NCBI RefSeq assembly: GCF_002113885.1 | Contig: NW_018479891.1 | Span: forward strand, 1 to 64,000 | Source of the DNA: Mizuhopecten yessoensis | Lineage: Eukaryota | Direction: 5' to 3' | Length of the DNA: 64,000 nt | Part shown: piece after piece, positions 38,101-50,100 of the stretch | How positions within the stretch are numbered: position 1 is the stretch's first letter | How the letters are laid out: each line of letters begins with the position of its first letter | Notes under the pieces: generated by a model | Seen by the model: only the letters and a program-made list of their open reading frames with translations | Databases searched by the model: none | What the model was told of the DNA's origin: nothing | Translations under genes and position numbers: made by a program

Positions 38101-41100
38101 GTAAACACACTTCGTGTCCCGGTGTCTCCTACCTCTGTCAGTACGTGTACTCGTGTCTCTTCGCCTTACTCGACTTTTGTTCTGTAAACACACTTCGTGT
38201 CCCGGTGTCTCCTACCTCTGTCAGTACGTGTACTCGTGTCTCTTCGCCTTACTCGACTTTTGTTCTGTAAACACACTTCGTGTCCCGGTGTCTCCTACCT
38301 CTGTCAGTACGTGTACTCGTGTCTCTTCGCCTTACTCGACTTTTGTTCTGTAAACACACTTCGTGTCCCGGTGTCTCCTACCTCTGTCAGTACGTGTACT
38401 CGTGTCTCTTCGCCTTACTCGACTTTTGTTCTGTAAACACACTTCGTGTCCCGGTGTCTCCTACCTCTGTCAGTACGTGTACTCGTGTCTCTTCGCCTTA
38501 CTCGACTTTTGTTCTGTAAACACACTTCGTGTCCCGGTGTCTCCTACCTCTGTCAGTACGTGTACTCGTGTCTCTTCGCCTTACTCGACTTTTGTTCTGT
38601 AAACACACTTCGTGTCCCGGTGTCTCCTACCTCTGTCAGTACGTGTACTCGTGTCTCTTCGCCTTACTCGACTTTTGTTCTGTAAACACACTTCGTGTCC
38701 CGGTGTCTCCTACCTCTGTCAGTACGTGTACTCGTGTCTCTTCGCCTTACTCGACTTTTGTTCTGTAAACACACTTCGTGTCCCGGTGTCTCCTACCTCT
38801 GTCAGTACGTGTACTCGTGTCTCTTCGCCTTACTCGACTTTTGTTCTGTAAACACACTTCGTGTCCCGGTGTCTCCTACCTCTGTCAGTACGTGTACTCG
38901 TGTCTCTTCGCCTTACTCGACTTTTGTTCTGTAAACACACTTCGTGTCCCGGTGTCTCCTACCTCTGTCAGTACGTGTACTCGTGTCTCTTCGCCTTACT
39001 CGACTTTTGTTCTGTAAACACACTTCGTGTCCCGGTGTCTCCTACCTCTGTCAGTACGTGTACTCGTGTCTCTTCGCCTTACTCGACTTTTGTTCTGTAA
39101 ACACACTTCGTGTCCCGGTGTCTCCTACCTCTGTCAGTACGTGTACTCGTGTCTCTTCGCCTTACTCGACTTTTGTTCTGTAAACACACTTCGTGTCCCG
39201 GTGTCTCCTACCTCTGTCAGTACGTGTACTCGTGTCTCTTCGCCTTACTCGACTTTTGTTCTGTAAACACACTTCGTGTCCCGGTGTCTCCTACCTCTGT
39301 CAGTACGTGTACTCGTGTCTCTTCGCCTTACTCGACTTTTGTTCTGTAAACACACTTCGTGTCCCGGTGTCTCCTACCTCTGTCAGTACGTGTACTCGTG
39401 TCTCTTCGCCTTACTCGACTTTTGTTCTGTAAACACACTTCGTGTCCCGGTGTCTCCTACCTCTGTCAGTACGTGTACTCGTGTCTCTTCGCCTTACTCG
39501 ACTTTTGTTCTGTAAACACACTTCGTGTCCCGGTGTCTCCTACCTCTGTCAGTACGTGTACTCGTGTCTCTTCGCCTTACTCGACTTTTGTTCTGTAAAC
39601 ACACTTCGTGTCCCGGTGTCTCCTACCTCTGTCAGTACGTGTACTCGTGTCTCTTCGCCTTACTCGACTTTTGTTCTGTAAACACACTTCGTGTCCCGGT
39701 GTCTCCTACCTCTGTCAGTACGTGTACTCGTGTCTCTTCGCCTTACTCGACTTTTGTTCTGTAAACACACTTCGTGTCCCGGTGTCTCCTACCTCTGTCA
39801 GTACGTGTACTCGTGTCTCTTCGCCTTACTCGACTTTTGTTCTGTAAACACACTTCGTGTCCCGGTGTCTCCTACCTCTGTCAGTACGTGTACTCGTGTC
39901 TCTTCGCCTTACTCGACTTTTGTTCTGTAAACACACTTCGTGTCCCGGTGTCTCCTACCTCTGTCAGTACGTGTACTCGTGTCTCTTCGCCTTACTCGAC
40001 TTTTGTTCTGTAAACACACTTCGTGTCCCGGTGTCTCCTACCTCTGTCAGTACGTGTACTCGTGTCTCTTCGCCTTACTCGACTTTTGTTCTGTAAACAC
40101 ACTTCGTGTCCCGGTGTCTCCTACCTCTGTCAGTACGTGTACTCGTGTCTCTTCGCCTTACTCGACTTTTGTTCTGTAAACACACTTCGTGTCCCGGTGT
40201 CTCCTACCTCTGTCAGTACGTGTACTCGTGTCTCTTCGCCTTACTCGACTTTTGTTCTGTAAACACACTTCGTGTCCCGGTGTCTCCTACCTCTGTCAGT
40301 ACGTGTACTCGTGTCTCTTCGCCTTACTCGACTTTTGTTCTGTAAACACACTTCGTGTCCCGGTGTCTCCTACCTCTGTCAGTACGTGTACGTGTACTCG
40401 TGTCTCTTCGCCTTACTCGACTTTTGTTCTGTAAACACACTTCGTGTCCCGGTGTCTCCTACCTCTGTCAGTACGTGTACTCGTGTCTCTTCCCCTTACT
40501 CGACTTTTGTTCTATAAACACACTTCGTGTCCTGGTGTCTCCTACCTCTGTCATTACGTGTTTATTTGCATATTCCTTTAATTGTTTTCCATTCCCTTAT
40601 TCTATTTATTGTTCCATTCCAGGCGTATAGCTGGTGGTTGGATGACATGTATATGAAGAATCGCCTGCCCCTCCCAATCAACTCCAACCCCGGGATGATA
40701 TTTCCCAAACAACACTTCATCGACCGCAGGGATCAACTCCGGTAAGTGTGCACTGTAAAGCACAATGCATCCGATTGGTATTAACAGTGATGGTCCAACA
40801 ATATTCACGGGCATCTAGAATGTTTATACACCGGGAATGCAGCTAATAAGTCGGCTTATTATAACCGACTCACGTTTATTAGTCCCTGCCGACATAAAAA
40901 AAAAAAAGTGTGTATCAATGTTTAACCGAGACATTTAATACACAAGAGTATTTCATCAACACAGTAAACGTACTGTTTTTGAAATCTTTCCAACACAATT
41001 TGGCTTGAAGCCGTGAAGTATTCCTAATGTTGGTGACAACCTTAAGTTTTCCGATTACCCTAGCAGTAATAACTTCATAAAACTATTACACGTGCCTATA

Positions 41101-44100
41101 GTATCAATAACCTGTCAGGTTCTATTTTGTCCCTAAAATGGAAATCAATATGCCCTCCAGCGGCCATCTTGAATTTCATTAAAAGATATTTTTCTTCTGT
41201 GCGATATCTCTTAATGGTTTGATGATTTTTATGAAATTTCTGCACACACCTGTAGTATCGATAGCCCACTCAAATTTGATTTTGATTTATTCTTGGGTGG
41301 ATTCAAAATTCAATATTGCTATCAGTGGTTATTACGGTTTTCGTACAGATATGATTCAAGAATACAGTATATGTTTTGAAGTAATTATCGGATTTGCTGA
41401 AATCTTTCTGGTGAACTTACTTTACCCATGACCCCCAATTAAATTTCACTTTCTCGAAAAACAATTAGCTGCCGTGATCTGCTTGTCTGATGATTTCCTC
41501 ATAATGTCTTTGAAGGGATTATCGGATTGCGATTCACTTTGCCCGTTACATATTTTTTACCAAAGTGCATCGCTTTTGCTTGATACCCAACCAAATTCAC
41601 TTATTTTGCTAAAAGCTGATTCAATCTGATCGAAGGTGCATCAGTAAATATAATGTATTTCATTTCTTCATCATTGGATAATTGCCATTAGACATCATTA
41701 AAAATGACAGCTATACACAGTATGCCAGATATTAATTACGTTACATCAGCTCAGTTAACGTGGGCGACACATCTGCTTCCATGGAATTCTTGTATTGTTT
41801 TTAATACAGTGATATTTCTTACTGAAGAAATGTTTCACCTATGACGTTGAAACATTCAAATATCTAGGGGTTTATTCAAAGACAAACTTAACTTCTACTT
41901 GCTTATTGCTGTAGAACACAACAGTCACTTGGGTCGCTGTATAATATGACAGAAGAAAGATAACTCGCTACTTACACCACTGCTACCTCGTTTGGTATAG
42001 ATCGTGAATAAAACCGTTCTTAGAATTAAGGATACATAGATGTTAACCCTATATTTCATGTATCAACTGATGTACATGCTAATACTTCGATAACGTTCAG
42101 AGAATAATGACTAAGAAGGTTTTACCCGGAGGGACATGCGTCCTTGAACAATCTATTCTCCTGTTAATTGCTTAGGAATTCAAGGCAGAAGATTAGACGA
42201 AATCACATTTAAATTTAAAAAATGAGCTTATTTAGTTTTAAAAAATCTAAAAGAAACATGATCTTTTTTAAGCCAGCATAAAACAAGGTTGATAAACCGA
42301 ATCTTCGTGAAATACAGGGATAAAATTCCGGAATCCCGCGGGAAAGTACACACCAGTAGCCGAAATGTAAAACACTGCTAACCATCTCCAATCTCAACCA
42401 TTAGCCGATAATGGCGTCGTGTTCATTTAGCTGTCTCATTAGACGCTTGGAAAATGACCCGTTTATACCCCTTTTGGGAATAGTGTCGAGCGTTCCACGA
42501 GCAGTCATATAGGGCTCTCCTCCGCAAACCATTGACGGCAGGACAACGAACTAGCTGGGAATCTAAAACACGTCTCTCCAACAACGTTATTAGAATGGTC
42601 TGGAGCTCCGTCGCGAGGCCTACTTGTCATTTTGACAAGCTGTCAGGGTCCCTATGATTCCAGTGATGCCAGTGCGCGGGAGTCGTGAGTGGTCACGTGC
42701 AGTGCTCGTTGGGGTTATAACGCGACGCCATTCAGATATCGGCACGACACCGAGTGTGCCCCATAACGGGTGTAATGTTAATTTTCAACAGAACCAATCT
42801 TCTTTATTGGACATGGTAAATTGTTTACACGATCGTAAATCTGTGGTATAGGGGTCGGGTTTGGCGACTATTCCACACTTCTCCTTGACTTTCTCCTTGA
42901 TCAATTCACTTTGTCCTGTTACGTTGAAATGACAAAAGCTGAATGAAGTGTTAAGTGGACGGTATAGGAAGATTTGTTTGTTCGAGGTTGGCCACTTTTT
43001 AAAGCAAAAAGACATTGCCAAGACAAGCATCATGTAAAACAGCAATAAACATTAAAAAAATCTTGCGTTTGTGACACCTACGTCTAATAAGTAGTTAAGA
43101 AAATAATATATTCAGGGTAAAATTACTGATAGATTATCGCTTGCTTTTTAAGTTTTAAGTACTTGCTTACGTCTTTAATTTAACATTGCTGGTTATTACT
43201 TTCTTATTTAATGTAACTTTACTGATCATCGCTTACTTATTCAGTTTAAATGAATGATCATCACTTCATTACTTAATCTAACATTACTGATAATCGCTTC
43301 CGTATTTAATATAATATTACTGAGCATAGCTTTCTTATTTAATCTTACATTACTGACGATCGCTTACGTATTTAATCTTACATTACTAATCATTGCTTAA
43401 TTGTTTAATTTAAGTTATTGATCACATTAATGCAAACCTCATCGCTTATTTTCTAGTATTTCGTCTAACTTTACTCATAATTCGTTATTTGATTTCTCAG
43501 ACTCTGTCCTACCTTGAGTGCAGCTCAGGGTAAGGTGCGGTTGAACTGAAGCATGAACATTAACTTTAAGATGTGTTTTGTTTCAGATACGCAACGAGAC
43601 TTATTTCCGGAATACTTGACTACAAGACAATTATTGACGCGTAAGCATTAATCCGTCAAATCACTATTTTCATCGATGTTTCTATGAAATGAAATGTTCT
43701 TATCGATATCGTGTCGTGTCATCATCATTCAAAATTGAAGAAACCGTTTTGTTTTTATATTTCATAGACATGGCATAGAGGAGAACTATACAGGCATTGC
43801 ATGCGACAGTCTACTTTATCGTCGGTCATTATGTTCGTAGCACGTCATGTGCTGTCTTCATGTAAACTCATTTCCTACTCATCCAAAGAATTACGCAAGA
43901 ATTATCATGAAAGTGGTTACTTTTTGTTAATGATATGAAATTAAGCGGCAACTTTGACGGTTTCGCTTTCATATTGATATCTCAGATTTGTCAATCACTA
44001 TGAGTTATCACTTCAACAAGATATATCTGCGGCTATTATACAGGAATAATTTAAAATCTGTCAGGGAATTTAATTTGCAGTTTGAAGTTTCTTCATTAAC

Positions 44101-47100
44101 TATTGACATAGGGTTACTTGGATCTTCTGGAAACATAAATGTGAAATTGCATTTTTACTTCATCGGTATTTCATTTGAATTTTGATTTTTGTGATTTTTG
44201 TAAAAAAATAACGAAACTGTGTATGCATGTAACACAGACAGAGTACCAAGTCTATGCAGGAGCTAGATATCCCATTCACATGTGCTATAACCGCAGCTGA
44301 AAACAAGATAATTCCCTTAACTAGTATTTTCATACACATCGATTTTCTCTTAAATAAAAATAAAAATAAATGAATCTTTAATGAATGTGAATATAAACGT
44401 GAGGTATAATTAACGGTAGACTCTCTTTGGTATGATTCTTTATTAGGAATTTATCAACTAAACTCAGCAGCGTTAGACGTACAATTTCACTTCATTCCCA
44501 GTCTAGTAATGATCAAGGCAATATACAACTGGTCTCAATATAGCTATTGCATTTTATGTGACCTTGAATTTAAATTGTTTCTATGGAGTTGTGTCCTTGA
44601 ACTGCTATTCTCGTTCTTTATTGTAGCGACATTGCGCTACATTAACACATGGTCACTGAAGCATTTTCTCACTAACTTGAGAATCTTTGCTGGCTTTATT
44701 TAGTTTCAAAACCAACCTATTTTACACAGATTTGATCTGATTTGATTTGATTTTGTTTAACGTCCTAATAACAGCTAAGGTCATTTAAGAATGTGCCTCC
44801 ATGTGTGTTGTGTAAGCGTGAATGTGTGTATGTGTGCCGGAAACAGGGTATATTGGGGTAAGTGCCTCCCTGTGATAGCGCGGATCTGATGCCGACTTTA
44901 TAGTGTTATCTCACTGAAATACCATGTCGGAGGCACCCAGTATAGTAATCCGCCCGGTAACATTGTACTGACAACGGTAGAACAAGTCGTTTAACAAAAA
45001 AAAAAAAACATTAGATGTATAAAAATTGAGTGTTTATATTTGCCGTTGTATTTATCACCATGTGAACTCGTTGAAGTTCTTTTTAATGAATTTATTATTA
45101 TATTGTGTTCTGTATTATACAGCCGCTATTCGTACTATTGCATGGTGAACAATTGTAACACTCCTAAGTCATATCAAGAGCCAACATCCGTTCAAATATA
45201 AACCAGGGCCCGTATTCATGAAACCTTTCTCATGCTCAAGAATGAGTTCGGTGCTCAAGCATCCAACTTTCTTATTACCCACTTAAATCAGGTCACATGG
45301 CCAAAAAGTCAGGTGTAAATATGAAAACCATATTCGGCTTAGAGTCTTTCCAAATTTCTTACAAAAAATTGTCAAAATGATTTTTTTAACTTATCACTTG
45401 CACAAGAAATTAGGCTTGAGTAAAGAATCTCAGTTTCGAGCATGAGAACAGTTTCATGAATATGGGCCCAGTAACTAAGGAGACACCAAAGCGAAAGGAC
45501 ACAAAATCATGAAACTGCCACCAAAAGATCTAGAAGCGGTGGGAATCCTAGGGGCTATGAAATGCATTGCACATACTAGACGTTTTTATATAGAATATTG
45601 CTGATATCTATACTATCACAGTTTTTGGTCGGTTTGTCTTCTGTCGTCTGGAATGGACCCAGCACCGAATACTAGTAGTGGTAGGAAAATCTATTTTGGC
45701 CGATCACCAGTTCATGTATAACTAGTTGACTGATATGTGTGGCAACTCTTGTACTGTATTTGTCTCAGTGGAAATTGGTAATCAATAATAACATTACCAA
45801 CGTCATATACGAATTTAAGCCCTAAATTTATCTTCCATTACTTAAAACATGACGTATATGCACCATTATTATTATAAAGAAGGATATTTTCCGGGCCTTG
45901 TGTGTTGCCAATTCCTGTTGTATCTAAGGTGTGGACAATTGAATACAAAGCAAAAAAATGGCCGATTCTGGCACATCAAAGTTTGGAATCATGTTATAAT
46001 AAAGGAATGTTATGTTTCATTTATATCAAATTCGCTCCAGAAAAAAACTTCTACGTGAAAATGTATTGATCAACAGGACGATTACACATTACAGCAGAAT
46101 GTACATCGACAATCTCTTGTCTGGATTAGCGATTTAAGTATGCTCATATGTTACTACTGGAGTGAAACATAAACACATATATTGGTAAATATCAACAAAG
46201 TTGACGAAAGTTAACGAAAAGAACTTTGTTGTGACTTTATACAAGACACATGTATTCTCGAAAAGCAACATAATATCCTCGTTATATCTCAACATAAAAT
46301 GACAGGTTTGGGTGAGAATCTTCTTTTTCCTTGATACCAAACCTTGTACCAATTCAACTTTTTAATAACCCAAAAGTAAATTCGCTTAAATTAGTTTACA
46401 GTTAGCTTTCATTGGAATACCATGGCAAGTAGAAATATATTTCAACCAATATCAGAATAAGAACCTGTAAATTATGTTCTCATTTTGTTTTTTAATGTCA
46501 TATGTGAAAGATAAGTCCTTGTGTTATTGACAACTAAATATTTGTATCCATGTTTGTTTAAACAGAAAGGACTGATATATCAAATATTTTAGGTGATTCA
46601 AGTTTGGAATGAGGAATGATGATATTGAATGAGAAAAAAGGCAAAATATTAGTAGTTTGTTTTTCGTAGCAGAAAAAGATTAAATCTGTTTAAGGAACTC
46701 GTTTGAGGGTTTCAAACCCACTTTTCATTGATACCACAAAATGGATAGTGAGGTAAAATGGTTAACTTGAACAAGAAAAAGACTCATTATCGAATTGTTT
46801 TTTGACCGTATCGTTATAAATATCATGATGTGTAAGTTATGTATTGTTGAGGCAAAATGATTTCGAGAAACCGATTTTTATCATATACCCTTTTTTTTTT
46901 TAATCTACTAAATATAGACGAGGTTTACCCATCGATCGAGCCCGTCACAAGATCAAAGGTCAGCCGTTATGTATGGAGCAATACTACCGCCTGTTCACGT
47001 CATACCGTGTCCCGGGGGTTAACAAGGACAGCCTAATCTCCAACACCAGCAAACTTATGAGGGAACCAGAACATATCATCGTCATTTGCAAAAACCAGGT

Positions 47101-50100
47101 AAAAGAACAAAGTCACAAAATAAGTTCTTCGAATATTGAGTGTCACAGAAAATACATCAATGTTTGTAATAACGACAATAAATGTCGATATTATGTGTCA
47201 GGAATAACACAAAATGTTGCTTTGTACTTGACTCTTTAACCGGAAGTGTTGGAAAATTGTCAGATTTTGAAGAGTACATTTCTCACCAAACACTCACCAA
47301 AACAATACAGGTATTTTGCGTAGGTCTTAACACTGATAAATCAGCACTTAGAACCACACAAGGAAAAATGCCTAGGCTTTATCAATGTCGTCTTCGTATC
47401 TGTTTGACATATTTTACAAGCGTACATATAACCTTTGCTTTGAAAGTCCAATTTACGCTTGACGTGCGTCGTGCTTGACATCCGAGTTCGGACGTTCTAA
47501 TATGCATACGTGTACATCACGTTTGATCTAGATAGTCCAAAGCTGCTTCCGTTGCCAATCCTCAGAACTGGAGACCGTACTTATCAGGTGTCAGGCCGTC
47601 AGTGTTCACTTCACTTCTCACTAGCAGGAAAATGGAAACTCCTCGTTATAAATTGCCTAAATAGCGACGAATATTTTCTAATTGTTTCCTTGTTACTATA
47701 GACTAGCTCAATCGTGCTGATTAGCTTACACGTGTCCTAATAAGGATTAGACAATTAGGTGTTCACGAGCAGGACCTCTATCATATTACCGCACACATCA
47801 TCGTCTCCCCTCGATCGATGAAACGGATTTGCGTTGTCGATTAGAAAGATTACCGTGCCTTATGAACGACTTCTTTTTCCTTTTTGACGCCTGATTAAAG
47901 ATTTATTCTGATAATTACAAATTCGCAGCCTTTTCCCGAAGGCTATGACTTGCAATCACCGGCTAATGAGAAGGGTTAAGGCTTTCCTCCGTCAACATAT
48001 AGCTGTCTGATCCGCCATGATAGGGAGCTGTATGTGTGCTCTGATCTACAATTTAACCATTAGAATGGCAAGCATGCGTGAACAAATGCATGTATCCGAA
48101 AGTTGTGTCACTAGAATTCCGATTAGAAAACAAATTGGTTGTTTATCTGTATAATAATTTATAGTTTAAGAAAAAAAATATAAAGTTCAAAAGTAGAAAT
48201 GAGCATTTTCTCTTTCAAAGATACTACGTGGTAATAATAAGTATTGAAACTGGCTGTCGAACGCACCAACGCCAGTTCTCTTCCAAACCTTTAAGTTTCT
48301 AAAGTAGTTGAATTGGTTAATCTGGGAAAAACATTTATATATTTCAAATATAACACACATGCATAACTTTTACCGATCATCAATGAATAAATCATAGTGG
48401 AAAATAAAAAAACTGGAAACGTATCATTTGTCCCCAATTTAATGCATCTATTAATTATAATTACGAAGGTCAAGGTTAAATGTGGACATCAATACATACT
48501 TAAAAGTAAAGAAGGCATATAGCATACAAATATATTCTTTTGTCCACCAGTTTTTCGTCTTGGATGTCGTGATCAACTTTACCCGTCTAAGCGAGGACGA
48601 CTTGCTCACACAATTACACCGGATATATAAGATGGCGGAGGAGGTGAGCGACGCAGAGCCAGTCGGAATACTTACGGCAGCCTACAGGGATAGGTGGGCT
48701 GACGCCAGAATCAAACTTATGCAAGGTATCATATTATGATTTTCCCTAACGTGAGTCATTCTAGGCCATGGCACAGAACGCTAGTTCTACTGATCGTTCT
48801 CATCTGTAAATGGTTCATATACATATGATTATGAGATTATGTGATTATATTATTGTATTTTATATAAACATATATTGCAATAGGGTTAATAGAATTTTTT
48901 ATTGAAAATGAAGATTGTCTCTTTGTTGTCATTATATTTCGAGGAATATGAATGTTAGAGCATGCATGATAACATGTTGTGTCATAGAAGATTGTTCTTG
49001 TCAGCACCTCAGAACTCTCAGATACCAAACAGTGTATGAGAATGCCAAGTTTTCATATAGTAATGCGCTCTGGTCCCACACCAGACATCTGTCTGTGAAA
49101 ATGTGTAATGTCTGGTTTCAGGACCAGAGGAAATTCAGGCTAGATAACCCGATTATCTCTGTGTGTCTCTTCAGATTCTTCAAATCGTGATTCCTTGGAC
49201 GCCATTGAGAGGAGTATATTTATACTGTGTTTGGACAGCTCCATACCTATTTCTTTCAACCACCAAAATAGTATCGACGAGACAAATCTTAACATCCGGG
49301 ACGAGGTGTCATTGTTGTACCAGATGCTTCACGGCTTCGGTACAAAACAGAATGGGGCCAACCGCTGGTACGATAAAACTATGCAATTCATCATCTCCCA
49401 AGATGGCGCCTGTGGTTTGTGCTATGAACATTCGCCGTCAGAGGGCATTGCTGTTGTTCAATTGATAGAACATCTATTGCGCTATATGTAAGTTGAACTT
49501 GTTTTTGAATGGTGGCGTTTTTCCTGTATAAGTAGGACTCTATTGATGTTTTCGAATGCTTCCTTACATGGGGACACTGTACCGATTGCTTATCGCGTTT
49601 AAAACTAACGTGCATCTTCTTAAAATTGAAACATACGCAAAAATGTACGTGCCACAAGTACCTGAGTAAATCAAACTTATACTTACATACAAAAGCCTAA
49701 TGTACTGAACACAAACAACGTGTGAGGTATTGTGACTAATCCTACGAAAATCACTGAAATCAACAAATATCCTGTAAAAACAAAAGGCAACGTAAAATGA
49801 AAGCAAGGTCGCTATCCCATAGTTCTTTTGAAAGAAGGTGTAATTATTACTAAGTTTTTTGAGAAAGAGGTCTCTATTCTTATGTTCCTATGCAGAAAGG
49901 GGTCGCTATCCCTCAGTTCCTCTAAAGAAAGGGGTCGCTATCCCTATGTTCCTCTGGAGAAAGGGGTCGCTATCCCTATGTTCTTCTGCAGAAAGGGAAC
50001 GCTATACCTCAGTTCCTCTAAAGAAAGGGGTCGCTATCCCTATGTTCCTTTGCAGAAAGGGATCGCTATCCCTCAGTTTCTCTTAAGAAAGGGGTCGCTA

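Noticed and set aside
36230-40480. Recursive (ratchet) splice sites in the 83-bp array
   Set aside because: Recursive sites need AG|GT (AGGT). Here AG and GT share one G (cAGTac), so the canonical mechanism does not fit.
36143-40630. About 50 identical 79-aa ORFs, or a CRISPR-like array
   Set aside because: These are artefacts of an 83-bp tandem unit. There are no variable spacers and no cas genes, and the array lies in a eukaryotic intron.
49110-49174. Alternative upstream acceptor (ggtttcag at 49121) for exon 7
   Set aside because: It would add 53 nt and break the frame. The 49175 acceptor gives the expected protein.
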